Assembly: GCA_977018835.1 (NCBI GenBank)
Contig: OZ361256.1
Coordinates: forward strand, 868,001-932,000
Length of the DNA stretch: 64,000 nt
Source of the DNA: Minutocellus sp. GHC0000111
Lineage: Eukaryota
Direction: 5' to 3'
The first letter of the stretch is position 1. Every line of letters begins with the position of its first letter. The position numbers were made by a program, and so were the translations under genes. Positions 21,876 through 33,926 of this stretch are shown one piece after another. The notes below the pieces were generated by a model that ran no database searches, was not told the origin of the DNA, and saw nothing but the letters and a program-made list of their open reading frames with translations.

Positions 21876-24800
21876 CCTTTCGAGTTCAGAGGATTTGAAA
21901 GTGACGTGATGATGACGTATTAGAAACACGACCACACCAGACCAAAAATCCAAGCTCACTTTTTCTAACTCCGAGGAATAAATGACGGCCAAGATGGAAG
22001 TCGGGGCAAGAACCAAGTTATGGTCACCAACTTCTACATATAGTCGAGAGATATTGTGCACCAGAACCAATAAATGTACATTATGTGATGATTTTTTTCG
22101 ACATTTGCATTCCTCACCCCGGGAAAAAATACATTTTTGGAAGCACCAAATCAAAATGTAATGAATAGAAATGGACATGCTATGATAAGTTATAGCAAAT
22201 CAATGACTCCATCGTCTTCATCATTTTCATCTATGTCGTCCTCAATGTCATCATCTTCGCCGGGAGCATCAATTGGCCAGAGTGGTTCACCATCCTCTTC
22301 AGCTTCTTCCTCGGCAATTTTTGCGAGACCAGCCTTTCCCCGTCTGGTCTCCACAAGATTGTTACCGCCACGACTTCTCTTGATGTTGTTATATATCACT
22401 GGAAGTTTTCCAAATACATTGAGAAAGGCCTCTTTTGATGCGACATTGGCCCATACTTTCATCACAGTCTTGTCAAGAGCATTCGCATCATTCTTCTGAC
22501 CGCGATGCTCCTTTTCGACGGCCGACTGCAAAGACATCCAGATGCCGAGATCAAGAACATTTGTCTCGGGCGACCGAGGAACCTGCTGGATTATCTCAAT
22601 CTTATATTTGTTTTTGAGGTCCTCGGTGTACTTCTCAACTGCTTCATTGGACCCATGACTGCCGGCATTGTCCATCATAAGACACATAACATCAGACTCC
22701 TGAATATTTTGTGGATCCCACTTCACCCAATGATGTGCGTCTCGAATCGCCTTCCCGACCTCATTCATAGTCTCCAACATCCATTTGGAGTCGCAGCTAC
22801 AGTCCTTGGTAACCTTATCGCCCCGTTGATACCGCACCCCGAGCTCAAGGTCGTCGATCTCAACCTTCACCTTCTCTCCATTGCTATCAGGAGTGTGTCG
22901 CTTGAGACTCGAGATCTTTTGATTGTAGCCAACAGCGGCATGCTTGCGACTTTTTGCCCGACCGTCGGATTTATAGTCCTCGTATTGAAGTTCCAATCGC
23001 TCTGTAACAAACTCAGAAAGGCCGTAGATTTCGGCAATGTGGTCGCAAAGATGGCCGGCGGTCATGTCAGCATTCTCGTCGTAAATGTCGCGCCAATCTT
23101 TTTGTCATTTTTAGCGCATCGTTGACCTTAGCATCTGGAGAGAAATTCTGATTACGCGTAAGCTTTTCCACCTTCTGCTCCCTGGCGACTCTCTTGATCA
23201 TGATGCGCCCATTGAAATCAACGTCGTTGGTTTCATCCTTCATTGGTCGGCCAACAACTCCAAGATACATAACTTTGACAGGGTGTCTTCTGGATCGAAT
23301 TTTCGGGCTTGCCTCGGAAGCATGGATGGACGCGAGGTTCGGACTACTTAGTTCTTCGTCAGAAAGTGGCAACATCTTGATCTTTTGTCGCCGATTAGTA
23401 GTGTAAAACCACTTTTCATCAAGATACGCTACAGGAATGTTGGGATCGGTCGTAATGTCCTCCCACTTTTCGATCCAATCAAGTCGCTTCCTACAATGTT
23501 CGGGGGTGAGCCTCGGCTTCTCGATCGACGACTTCTCCTCACCGCCTTGCTTTTTCCACCAGCGAAAAAGCTGAAGACGATGGAGACTAATTGTCAGCCT
23601 ATCTTCATCTGGAGTAGCTGATTTTGCGCTCATACAGTCAGCTAGCTCCTTAAAGGTTGCCATCGCACCCTTCATCCGAGCAGCATGCCGACACAGCTCG
23701 CGGAGACATCCTGGCTCCTTCTCCTCGATCATGTCCGTGCATGCCTTCCTTCCACGAACCTCCTTTCTGCCGATGGGATTGCTGATGCCATCAGTAAGGC
23801 TTTTGTAGAGCTGGTCTCTCCACTTGTAAAGCTGAGAACCACCGGTTGACTTGGCATCACCGTGATCGCACGCAACTTGCCGACACGCGGCAGTTGCAAT
23901 TTGTTGCCGGTCTTCATGCGTGCGAGTTGGGTCGCCGCATCCCCACCAATCCGCGAGAGCCACGGCGCTGAACCGCATTCTTTCATTCGCCTGCTTTTCT
24001 TTTCTGATTGGCATTGGTTCGGTGACGGTTGCATTGGGACGAGGAGGACGGAGCATGTCATCGTTGGCCATCCGAACAACAAAGTCGAGGCCGAGAGCGA
24101 CCTTTACCTGTTCATCAATGTCACTGGAGGTGGCACAGACAACGGAAGTATCGGCTCCTCCTAAACCTTCATCATTGGGGGAGGCTGCAGCTGCTTCAGT
24201 GGCGGAAGTATCACCAGTTCCCTTCAGCATGCTGAGGAGACTTACTTGCTGGCATCCAACCCAGTTTCTTGGCCTCGTCGACTAGTGATTTTACTCTTGC
24301 TTCGCAATGCGCTAACTGCACCTCCTTTCTGTGAGCTGACAATCTCTCACCTAGCTTAGTAGCTAAGACAGTCGAGCGCCCAGAGAACAGAACTTCATCG
24401 GGATTTCTTTTCTCGTGCACCTTCTGTCCCTCCGGTCCAGAGAATTTCGGGTGGTTGTCCTCCTTCTTTTTACGCAACCTGTGAGAGAGCACAAACATAA
24501 AGCGCCCCCTGCGTCTCGTCTTCCCTCTCGGCCGATGCGTCGACAAATGCAACTTCAAACTACAATAGTGCTCCTTGAGATGTTGCTGCATGTCCTTCCA
24601 TTTTTCCTCGTTGTACTGTAGCTCATACTTTCCTCCACCGACGGACTTGGAACGCAACAAGTCGGCCTCGATGAAAGCAGGGAGGACGTCTTCCCATTTC
24701 TGCCGAGAACCAACACAAATGTCATCTTTGCCGCAGGAATCGGGGGGGTTACTCTCCACCACAGATCCTTACCAGCCCTTCGAATGACATCTGCTGCAAG

Positions 24801-25337
24801 GAGAAAGGCCATGGGGATAGGAGGAGGGGCCGTCCTCTTCTTCGCCGACGACGGTGACGGTTTGGCGGGCGAATTTGACCGTGGCCGCTTCTTCGACGTG
24901 TTTGCGCTCGGCGATGGTGTTTTCGGCTCACAGCTGCCGCCTTTGCCGCCTTCCTGGATGCCTTGGTGTTGCCTCTCTTGCTCCCTGAGAACGAAGTTCT
25001 GCTGCGTTTGTATTTTTTGGGCGTGGTCTGGTTGGTTGTCGTCATCGTCACAAAATTTGCGGGGGTTGCGGTGTGTGAGGGTGTGCGGGGGACCAAAAAA
25101 TATATGTGTTCCTGCCAGAATCTACTGGACCTGCGAATTCAGTGGATACTAGTGGTCGGTGGCAACCTACTGAATGAGCAGGTCCAGTAGATATCCACGA
25201 GTTGAGGAGTATTTGCGTTCCTCCCGAAGAGAACATCGACTAACAAAACACGTGGTGGGAAATGAGAAATGGGTGCAAGAATGACCTTTTTTAGGGGTTA
25301 TTGGTATACCCTCTACAAATCCTCTGAAACCGAAAGG
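21876..25337 (-). mobile_element. Full-length Tc1/mariner DD39D (plant-mariner-like) DNA transposon with frameshifted transposase
   Basis: 22-bp TIRs: CCTTTCGAGTTCAGAGGATTTG (21876-21897) and the reverse complement of CCTTTCGGTTTCAGAGGATTTG (25316-25337), with TA on both sides. Transposase motifs YLDEKWF, MMDNAGSHG and QVPRSPETNVLDLG, with 39 residues between the 2nd and 3rd Asp. Split over at least 4 frames. Confidence 0.92.
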
Positions 25338-25550
25338 TACAGCTTTCCTCAAGTAGGATCGACAGTCAATGGGAATTTCTCTGGCTCATAACCTGAAGCC
25401 GCTCACCAAGTGCATTGCGGACAAGGCCGACACCAAAGAGCGGCGGCGACCGTTCTAATCATACGCGAGATAACGCCAGAGATCTACTAACGAGGCGAAA
25501 TCACCCACCCCACTTTGCTTGCTTCTGATCTTTCTACTTTCTGTACCACC

Positions 25551-26479
25551 ATGGGCAAGAAATCCAAGTCAGCCGCCAAGACCAGCGAGGCCGATCTGCC
25601 CCAATGGCACGAGGCCCTCGACAGAGCCACAACCGCCAACGTCAACGCCCTACCCCTCGTCGACAACGGATGGATTGCAACAATCATAAACGCTGACAAG
25701 CGAAAGCACAAACTTGGCATATTGGCCATATTGGACATCACAAACAGAGTGCGAGGCGAGGGGACCGACGCTCGCTTCGAAAACATTGGTCCCTGTCCCG
25801 ACCCGTCCAAGAATGGCGAGGACGTCGCCAAGGCATTGCTGGCCACCATGATCCAACCGCAGCCCGCTCCCAAGAATGACGATCCGGCCTACTTTGCCCC
25901 CCGTCGACCGGCTTGGGTGCTTCTGGAAAGGAACTGGAGCCGTGTTTGAATGTGGTACGAGAGGCATTGGCGGAAGTGGAGGTGGCCGTCAAGCTCAATA
26001 CGCCCGAAGCCTTGGCCGAGGACACCAATGAAGTAGCGGAAGACAATCGTGGTAGGACTGCTACTTGGGAGGCAGGTCTTGAGATCGGCGCTTCCGTTGA
26101 GAATGTCAAGAAACTGCCACAAAAAACGATTGGAAGTAAGGAGGGAGAGAGTGCTGATGACGCTGACAAAAAAGAAGAAATATGGAAGGTGTCCAGTGGC
26201 GCCAAGGAATGCTTCCTGGCCATCGAAGACATCACCGAGGGCACGGACGAAGAGAGCAGCTATCCCCTGGGCGTTGGTCCGTGTCCGGCACCGACACTGA
26301 ATCCAGATGGCATGGTACGATCCATCTTTGCCACCATGCTGGCACCTCGGGCGAAAAAGGGGGGATATTCCGGCGATGGACGACGACCTCAGCGGATTGT
26401 GATTGATCAGCCCCTGGAGCCGTGGTTGGAGCATTTGCAGAGCAAGCTCGGTGAGGTTGATGTGGCGGTGGAGTTGTAG
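25551..26479 (+). CDS. Uncharacterised protein of two tandem homologous domains; 1-bp frameshift near 25930
   Basis: LAILDIT..GPCPDP..LLATMIQP..RRPAWVLL..LEP..L.EVEVAVKL is repeated as LAIEDIT..GPCPAP..IFATMLAP..RRPQRIVI..LEP..LGEVDVAVEL. Adding one A in ggaaag joins the two ORFs. Confidence 0.7.
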
Positions 26480-26692
26480 TCAGCTAGCTACGTAGCTAGT
26501 TATATATTTGCTGTATATTAGCAATGCACAATATACCCAAAAGAAAAATGATAATTATCAGCTAATATGGCTATATCCTTTTAGCTACTAGTTGGGAAGG
26601 CAACAGGCGTCTCCAACAACTCACTATAACACAAAAAACGGATCTAAGATTTGACCCATTTGAACTGTAATTTGCAAATTAGCCCTTATACC

Positions 26693-28785
26693 TTAGCTTA
26701 CTTGTAAAACCTGATCCATGGTGAGGAATTCTGGAGACCCCAGTCCTCTCAAGCATGTCACATGAACGAACACATCCTCGGACTCGTTGATGGCAGTCTC
26801 ATCGTTCTCGACACGAACCTCCTTGCAATTTTTGTACATGAACTCTCCCTCATCTTGGTCGAAGAACATGCCAAAGTTGATGCCGCAGATGAGGCATCGA
26901 TCGCGAGATTCGTCGGCGAGGACTGTGAAGGAATCGGGATCGGCTGAATCGTCCATACCGGAAGCGGCTGCCTCGGCCTCGGAGGTGCCTTCTGGGCCTT
27001 CTCCATTTTCTGCTGCCGCGGACTTTTTGTCTTTGCCGGACCATTCGCCCTCCCAGACGTACCATCCTCGCTCTTCGGTCTTTTCCATGGTCTTTTCGAC
27101 TTGTCTGTGGAGTTGCAGATTGCGTGTTGGAACAGGTCGAGAGAAATGAGTACTACGAGAAGACTTGTATGGAACGAGTTGCAATACTACATCGCAAACG
27201 AAGAAACAAAATCATAAATAAGAGCCACACCACTCACCCTTGCTTGAATAACACGTCCATGTGCTTGGTCAGTTCCAATTGCGTTGCAAACCGACGGCCG
27301 TCTGATGCACAAACAAAAGGAAGTCCTCCGTCGTAGAGCCGAGCGATGACAGATGGATTCTTCTTCTTGACCCCATCCCTGGTGAATTCGGACTTGTCGA
27401 TGGCACCCGATGTAAATCTACCGCCCACTTTGCTGACATCGGCGCCTGCAGAGCCCTTGGTCTCATCCTGCGTCTTGAGCGCCTCGAGCATGGTGGTCAA
27501 ATACCGCGCACCGGCCGATGCCGACACCAGCAGTCCCATCTGCGCCTGGAATTCCTCCTCGGTCGCATACTGTCGCTGCTCTGTGCATCCCACCCGCACA
27601 TGCTGCTGCAGCTTGGATATGCTGTCGTGGGCCTTCTCCAAATGGTCCAGCTTCAACTTATCCCAGTCGGCCGCCCGGGCGATGATTTCTTCCGGTCGCG
27701 TTTCGTTGAAGTTGGCCGATGCAATCGGTGGACTCCACCGGCCACCCGTTGTCGCACCCCCCTTTCCGTTGGTTGCACCACCGCCGCCCGACGCTACAAT
27801 CTCTTGCGCGGCCGTCTTGATTTCTGCCAATAGATCGGGGTTGATTTCCGCCAACCGTTCCAGCGATACCTTGCCGAGCTCATCGACTCCCTCGCTCTGA
27901 GCCTCGTCCAACAATAGCTGCATCTGTTTTCGCAGTTCCGAACTGACGTCCAAACTCCCATCGGCCTTCCTCCCGATACCGGCAGCCTTGGCCTTGGCCT
28001 CGGCTTCGACCCGCTGCGCTTCGACCATGCCATCGGCCTCGACAAAGCAGATGCCCATATCCTCCCAATTCTTTTCCGAAAAGAGCTTGCAGTCTCTCCA
28101 CGTATTCCATACTTTTCGGAGCTTGGCCTGATGCTCTTCCGACATTTGCTCGAAAACGACGGGCATCCATGTTTTGGCATCCGCCTCAATAATGGGGATG
28201 AAGTTACCCCGAACGTTTTTGAGGAGAGAATCAACCACATAGACCAGCGGTAGCTTGTTCTCCTTGGGCACCGATCGGGATATGAGTGGTGTGCGGATGG
28301 TCTCGTAGAGGGCCTTGGCCATTTTTGACGATGCGGCAAAGTCTTCGGCTACCATCGACAGACTATTGATTTTTAGTTTGTCCTGTGACGAAGCATCCGT
28401 TCATGGTGGTTCGGTATATAGGTAGTTCGAGCACAGCAAGCATTAGTTTGATTTGATATTGGAAAGTGAGCACATGCATACGTAATTAATTATCATCGCA
28501 CCACCAGCGGGAGGGCGTACGACAGATCACAGCATGATATGTGCCGTTTTAAAAGATACCAGCAAAAAAAAGACGCAAAGACAAGAAACAAGCTCCACCA
28601 AAATCACGTACCGGGTGAGCACCGAGACTTTCCAGCATCTCCTGATACTCCTCGATCTGCTCCTCGTCGACCTCCTCGTCGTCGTCATCATCGCCGGACG
28701 TGACGGCCGGCACCGGCGGTTTACTACTGCCGGACGCCTGGTCGACGTCCATGCTGTCTTCGGCGTGGTCGTTTCCGCCTCCCAT
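26693..28785 (-). CDS. PCF11: Pre-mRNA cleavage factor PCF11; introns 28383-28611 and 27105-27237
   Basis: CID domain (DKLKINSLSMVAED, KLPLVYVVDSLLKN), zinc-finger-like region CASDGRRF..HMDVLF, RGWY, and C-terminal CLICGINF...VHVTC. Canonical splice sites restore the frame. Confidence 0.92.
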
Positions 28786-29194
28786 TATCGTAAAGAGTTG
28801 TGCAGTGTAAATGCGAAAGAGATTGTGCAATGCGTTGGATTCGTCTCAGGCCAAGGCTTGCGGTGGCGGACGAGCGGCAGCCACAGGTTTGTGCCATCTT
28901 GGCGTGCTGGTATCATCGCTCTTGATGTTTCCCCAAAGAGTGTTTTAAATAATTAAATTAAATTTCGTCAGTATGACGAAATATTTCCGATCAATTAACA
29001 ATCTAAGACTTACAGAGAAACTGAAAACTTTCGAAGAACACTCAACAGAACCTCTGACGCACACAGTCAGCAGATTTTGGTCGATGACATCGCATTTCAT
29101 CTGTTCTTGAAGGCCAAGTGAGAATTGATGGGGGAACGAAGCTAATACAGCTCCGTTTCCAGCCCATTTAACCCCCAAAAGCACCAACTTGACC

Positions 29195-30286
29195 ATGTAC
29201 AGCCGTCGCCAACGAATAGGCCTCGCGTCAGCCGCCATGCTGGCCGTCGCGGCATCGTCGAAAGGTCGTGTCATTGTCGGTGCATTTGCACCGTCGACAT
29301 CAATTACTGCTAGATCAACACATCGAGGCCCAAGATATGCCACTTCCTTGTATGACATACTACCACGAGACGATGGGTCATCTCGAGAGAGTAATGATGA
29401 CACTGACGCAAGTGATGGAAAAGATGCGGCAATTGAATCGGCCCGACAGCGACTCGAGGCGCTGGTGTCGACGACATCGAGCCAATCCAAGAAAAGTAGA
29501 AGCAAAAAAGATGAAGAGGACGGCGAAGATGAGAACAAGCAGCGGTACGACTTTTCTTTGCGACCATCGATATCATCCACAGCAGAGGATGCTACATCGT
29601 CGGCCGAAAAATCTCGACTGCACCCCGACGTTGTGGACGAGGAGCTTCTCAATCCACCGCCACTGACCACCATCGGCAGAGCTCGATTGGACGCCGAGAT
29701 GGAATGTTTGTCAGGCCTCATGGACTCGGACGAGCCGCTATCGGATCTGTGGACTCTGTGGTTCGAAGAGCGAGGGGCTAGCGCCGCCAAGGAACTCAAG
29801 GCAGCCGAACAGCTCAGCATGAACGGTCCGCAGTACTGGGACGAGGCCGAGACCAAGCTCCGTGCCCTCATCGAGGAACACGGGGTGCATTGGGCCGAAC
29901 CCGTCAATCGGCTGGCAACTCTTATGTATCTGCAGGGCCGACTCAAGGAGAGCAAGGAACTGTGCGAGATTGTATTGGCCGTCAAACCTTGGCACTTTGG
30001 TGCACTGAGCGGTGTGGTGATGGTATGTGCTGGCTTGAGCGATGTGAGTGGTGCCAGGATGTGGGCCGATCGACGGCTGCCCCCTCTCAGACCCGATGGG
30101 GATACCACCGAACGGAGGATACTGTGGGTGGAACGAGCCGTCAAGGAGGCACTAAGAGCTGAGCAACGGGCTGAGCGTAGGGTATGGGAGGATGTTGAGA
30201 ATGACGAGAAGGAGGAGGAGATTGCCAACAAAACGGCAAGCAAGTCGATTGTCATGGATGACTCTGATGACGATGCCTGGCAATAA
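29195..30286 (+). CDS. Plastid-targeted TPR-like protein
   Basis: Signal peptide ending VGA-FAP (ASAFAP-type). TPR-like WAEPVNRLATLMYLQGRLKESKELCEIVLAVKPWHFGALSG. Confidence 0.8.
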   Translation: MYSRRQRIGLASAAMLAVAASSKGRVIVGAFAPSTSITARSTHRGPRYATSLYDILPRDDGSSRESNDDTDASDGKDAAIESARQRLEALVSTTSSQSKKSRSKKDEEDGEDENKQRYDFSLRPSISSTAEDATSSAEKSRLHPDVVDEELLNPPPLTTIGRARLDAEMECLSGLMDSDEPLSDLWTLWFEERGASAAKELKAAEQLSMNGPQYWDEAETKLRALIEEHGVHWAEPVNRLATLMYLQGRLKESKELCEIVLAVKPWHFGALSGVVMVCAGLSDVSGARMWADRRLPPLRPDGDTTERRILWVERAVKEALRAEQRAERRVWEDVENDEKEEEIANKTASKSIVMDDSDDDAWQ

Positions 30287-31128
30287 CTCCCTATGTGATG
30301 GTGGATATGCCACATTATTTCGTTTGTAGAGCTAAACTTGTAGACTGTATTTGATGCATTTTGAATCAAATTGCAAAATATCCTCAATGCAAGCACCTCT
30401 CTCAGCCATCCTTCGCAGCCACTCAGTCGGCTCGACCTCTCTTTGGCTTTTGAGGGGGAAAATTTCGTACTTCATCCCCGGATCTCCCCCGAAGTAACAA
30501 CGCCAGAAAGCAAACCGACACAACTTGTCCCAGGCGGTACTGGCCTTGATGATACGAACCGAGTCCAGCGCTTCCAGGACCACGCCAGCTCTCTTCTTCG
30601 TACCGACCACGATGCCCAAGCGCCGCAAGCCGAGACGGAAGAACTCCCAGCACCTGGGAGAGCGGGACAGGATCGTCAAGGACGTCGACGAAGATGAAGG
30701 GTGCGTGTGCATGCTTGTGCTGAACCAGTCGTTTTTTGGTGGCCGCATTAACGACTTACTTGAGAAACGCTTGACTTGGTTTATTCTGTTACAGATATGT
30801 TTTCCGTCCCATCTAACTCTTCTATTTGCTCATCGCATATTGTCTTTGTATCGGTAGGCTGTTATGGGCACAACAGGTGCAGGTACGTTGCTTGAATTCG
30901 TGTGTGATGCTGCTGTTGTTTTTGGCCGACACAAACGAGGGACAATTAATTGTTCCCAGTATAGCAAACCAGTTATTCCATGTTGCCATTGTATCATTGT
31001 GCGCATCTTTGTGGTTTATAATTCTCGCTCAACTTGACTTGCGCCCGTATCTCATTGCTTCATTCCTCGACGCCCTCCCCGGCCCCTCATTTTTTACTCC
31101 GCGTCCTCCCCGGCGAACAGATTCGGCA

Positions 31129-33926
31129 GGTGAGCGGCTTCAGGTTATGAGCCAGAGAAATTCCCATCGACTGTCGATCCTACTTGAGGAAAGCTGTACC
31201 TTTCGGTTTCAGAGGATTTGTAGAGGGTATACCAATAACCCCTAAAAAAGGTCATTCTTGCACCCATTTCTCATTTCCCACCACGTGTTTTGTTAGTCGA
31301 TGTTCTCTTCGGGAGGAACGCAAATACTCCTCAACTCGTGGATATCTACTGGACCTGCTCATTCAGTAGGTTGCCACCGACCACTAGTATCCACTGAATT
31401 CGCAGGTCCAGTAGATTCTGGCAGGAACACATATATTTTTTGGTCCCCCGCACACCCTCACACACCGCAACCCCCGCAAATTTTGTGACGATGACGACAA
31501 CCAACCAGACCACGCCCAAAAAATACAAACGCAGCAGAACTTCGTTCTCAGGGAGCAAGAGAGGCAACACCAAGGCATCCAGGAAGGCGGCAAAGGCGGC
31601 AGCTGTGAGCCGAAAACACCATCGCCGAGCGCAAACACGTCGAAGAAGCGGCCACGGTCAAATTCGCCCGCCAAACCGTCACCGTCGTCGGCGAAGAAGA
31701 GGACGGCCCCTCCTCCTATCCCCATGGCCTTTCTCCTTGCAGCAGATGTCATTCGAAGGGCTGGTAAGGATCTGTGGTGGAGAGTAACCCCCCCGATTCC
31801 TGCGGCAAAGATGACATTTGTGTTGGTTCTCGGCAGAAATGGGAAGACGTCCTCCCTGCTTTCATCGAGGCCGACTTGTTGCGTTCCAAGTCCGTCGGTG
31901 GAGGAAAGTATGAGCTACAGTACAACGAGGAAAAATGGAAGGACATGCAGCAACATCTCAAGGAGCACTATTGTAGTTTGAAGTTGCATTTGTCGACGCA
32001 TCGGCCGAGAGGGAAGACGAGACGCAGGGGGCGCTTTATGTTTGTGCTCTCTCACAGGTTGCGTAAAAAGAAGGAGGACAACCACCCGAAATTCTCTGGA
32101 CCGGAGGGACAGAAGGTGCACGAGAAAAGAAATCCCGATGAAGTTCTGTTCTCTGGGCGCTCGACTGTCTTAGCTACTAAGCTAGGTGAGAGATTGTCAG
32201 CTCACAGAAAGGAGGTGCAGTTAGCGCATTGCGAAGCAAGAGTAAAATCACTAGTCGACGAGGCCAAGAAACTGGGTTGGATGCCAGCAAGTAAGTCTCC
32301 TCAGCATGCTGAAGGGAACTGGTGATACTTCCGCCACTGAAGCAGCTGCAGCCTCCCCCAATGATGAAGGTTTAGGAGGAGCCGATACTTCCGTTGTCTG
32401 TGCCACCTCCAGTGACATTGATGAACAGGTAAAGGTCGCTCTCGGCCTCGACTTTGTTGTTCGGATGGCCAACGATGACATGCTCCGTCCTCCTCGTCCC
32501 AATGCAACCGTCACCGAACCAATGCCAATCAGAAAAGAAAAGCAGGCGAATGAAAGAATGCGGTTCAGCGCCGTGGCTCTCGCGGATTGGTGGGGATGCG
32601 GCGACCCAACTCGCACGCATGAAGACCGGCAACAAATTGCAACTGCCGCGTGTCGGCAAGTTGCGTGCGATCACGGTGATGCCAAGTCAACCGGTGGTTC
32701 TCAGCTTTACAAGTGGAGAGACCAGCTCTACAAAAGCCTTACTGATGGCATCAGCAATCCCATCGGCAGAAAGGAGGTTCGTGGAAGGAAGGCATGCACG
32801 GACATGATCGAGGAGAAGGAGCCAGGATGTCTCCGCGAGCTGTGTCGGCATGCTGCTCGGATGAAGGGTGCGATGGCAACCTTTAAGGAGCTAGCTGACT
32901 GTATGAGCGCAAAATCAGCTACTCCAGATGAAGATAGGCTGACAATTAGTCTCCATCGTCTTCAGCTTTTTCGCTGGTGGAAAAAGCAAGGCGGTGAGGA
33001 GAAGTCGTCGATCGAGAAGCCGAGGCTCACCCCCGAACATTGTAGGAAGCGACTTGATTGGATCGAAAAGTGGGAGGACATTACGACCGATCCCAACATT
33101 CCTGTAGCGTATCTTGATGAAAAGTGGTTTTACACTACTAATCGGCGACAAAAGATCAAGATGTTGCCACTTTCTGACGAAGAACTAAGTAGTCCGAACC
33201 TCGCGTCCATCCATGCTTCCGAGGCAAGCCCGAAAATTCGATCCAGAAGACACCCTGTCAAAGTTATGTATCTTGGAGTTGTTGGCCGACCAATGAAGGA
33301 TGAAACCAACGACGTTGATTTCAATGGGCGCATCATGATCAAGAGAGTCGCCAGGGAGCAGAAGGTGGAAAAGCTTACGCGTAATCAGAATTTCTCTCCA
33401 GATGCTAAGGTCAACGATGCGCTAAAAATGACAAAAAGATTGGCGCGACATTTACGACGAGAATGCTGACATGACCGCCGGCCATCTTTGCGACCACATT
33501 GCCGAAATCTACGGCCTTTCTGAGTTTGTTACAGAGCGATTGGAACTTCAATACGAGGACTATAAATCCGACGGTCGGGCAAAAAGTCGCAAGCATGCCG
33601 CTGTTGGCTACAATCAAAAGATCTCGAGTCTCAAGCGACACACTCCTGATAGCAATGGAGAGAAGGTGAAGGTTGAGATCGACGACCTTGAGCTCGGGGT
33701 GCGGTATCAACGGGGCGATAAGGTTACCAAGGACTGTAGCTGCGACTCCAAATGGATGTTGGAGACTATGAATGAGGTCGGGAAGGCGATTCGAGACGCA
33801 CATCATTGGGTGAAGTGGGATCCACAAAATATTCAGGAGTCTGATGTTATGTGTCTTATGATGGACAATGCCGGCAGTCATGGGTCCAATGAAGCAGTTG
33901 AGAAGTACACCGAGGACCTCAAAAAC
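31129..33926 (+). mobile_element. Inverted partial copy of the mariner element plus 70 bp of its external flank; 3' end missing
   Basis: Position p here matches 56536-p (22610-25407). ORF translations are identical. TIR at 31199-31220. One visible mismatch (31168 vs 25368). Ends abruptly at acctcaaaaac|cgtccc. Confidence 0.95.

Noticed and set aside
25375..25408. GGCTCATAACC resembles a tRNA-Met anticodon arm
   Set aside because: No D arm, T-loop (GTTCRA) or acceptor stem around it.
28945..30396. 483-aa minus-strand ORF, and other long antisense ORFs (14154-15632, 37361-38873)
   Set aside because: Shadows of GC-rich genes on the opposite strand, with no motifs.
30612..31128. Short ORF MPKRRKPRRKNSQ... 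with splice-like signals upstream of transposon copy 2
   Set aside because: I cannot assemble a coherent gene model or recognise homology; it may be a fragment.
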